Below, piece by piece: positions 63,290 to 64,000 of a DNA stretch of 64,000 nt. Made by a program: the position numbers and the translations under genes. The first letter of the stretch is position 1; each line of letters begins with the position of its first letter. The notes below the pieces were generated by a model. It searched no databases. It was not told the origin of the DNA and saw only the letters and a list, made by a program, of their open reading frames with translations. The DNA comes from Octopus sinensis (taxonomy: Eukaryota): the NCBI RefSeq assembly GCF_006345805.1, contig NC_043001.1, positions 78,306,001 to 78,370,000 on the forward strand. Reading direction: 5' to 3'.

Positions 63290-64000
63290 ATAGAAACAAG
63301 ACCTGAAATTTGAGGGAGCGGCTTAGCCAATTACATCGACACCAGTGTTCAACTTCTATTGGGTTGTCCGGAATGTTCGTGCCGATTTATAGTAGCTTAC
63401 TTTTCGACGTAGTTTAGAACATGATTGATTCCATGAAATAGGATTTCACTACACCTCCATTTAGAACATAATTTAAGTGGAAGAATGTTTATGTTCCTAA
63501 TAACCTGTGTTAATTCTGTAACCCTTTAAAATGGAAGATAAGAATGTTCATTTTCGGCACTTGATGCTATGGGAACTAGACTGCAGCTCGGCTGGGATGT
63601 GTTTACTCTACTCTACATATTCACCAGATACTCTCCTTCGGATTTCTACTTATTCAGGTCTCTGCAGAATAGTCTTAATGGTAAAACTTTCAATTCCTTG
63701 GATGACGTAAAAAGATACCTTGATGAATTCTTTGCCATGAAACCACCTAAATTCTGGGAAGAGGGTATTTTCAATTTAAAGGAAACATGGAGACGTATTG
63801 TGTAACAAATGGATCATGAGTGATTGATTAAAAATGTAATGGCAAGTATTTATTGACCTTTTTCTTTCCTTTAAATATCGGCACGAACTTTCCGGACAAC
63901 TCAATATTTATTCATCGAAACCAAAAATGATGCAAGTCGATCTCGGTGGAATTTGAACTGAGAGCGTAAAGACGGGACGAACTGCCGCTAAACATTTTGT
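63290..64000 (-). mobile_element. SINE family B split by the mariner insertion; head runs to or past the window end
   Basis: Tail half 63290-63356; 63907-64000 reads TTCATCG...AAGTCGATCTCGGTGGAATTTGAACT...GCCGCTAA. Confidence 0.75.
63359..63904 (+). mobile_element. Internally deleted mariner (DD34D) with both TIRs and TA TSD
   Basis: TA|TTGGGTTGTCCGGAATGTTCGTGCCGATTT ... ATATCGGCACGAACTTTCCGGACAACTCAA|TA (30 bp, 3 mismatches); ATG 63531 MEDKNVHFRHLML joined directly to LQLGWDV...YSPD..PSDFYLFRSLQNSL. Confidence 0.92.

Overview
AT-rich, microsatellite-saturated eukaryotic nuclear DNA, most likely from an octopod cephalopod (inference from a metazoan mitochondrial 16S-derived insert, the style of the tRNA-headed SINEs and the overall repeat landscape). 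I find no intact host protein-coding gene; nearly all ORFs in the supplied track are translations of (TA)n, (TG)n, (TCTA)n, (ATT)n tracts or SINEs. The window is a transposon graveyard: at least three SINE families, decayed LINEs (Tx1/L1, CR1, RTE, R4-like), Penelope-like elements (PLEs), Tc1, mariner and DD37D/maT transposase relics, several MITEs and a NUMT. The most notable unexplained structure is about a dozen minimal type I hammerhead-ribozyme motifs from several distinct families (CUGANGA core, stem II, GAA, palindromic stem III, GUH site). Several of them sit in fold-back or tandem repeats inserted in (TA)n, and one lies beside a GIY-YIG PLE ORF. Also notable: a young GC-rich Tx1 LINE inserted cleanly inside a (TCTA)n tract, a MITE family sharing its core with an unrelated tailed repeat, and a SINE family sharing its 3' tail with a CR1 LINE. 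All family assignments come from motif recognition by eye, not database searches, and boundaries are approximate unless a TSD or TIR is given.
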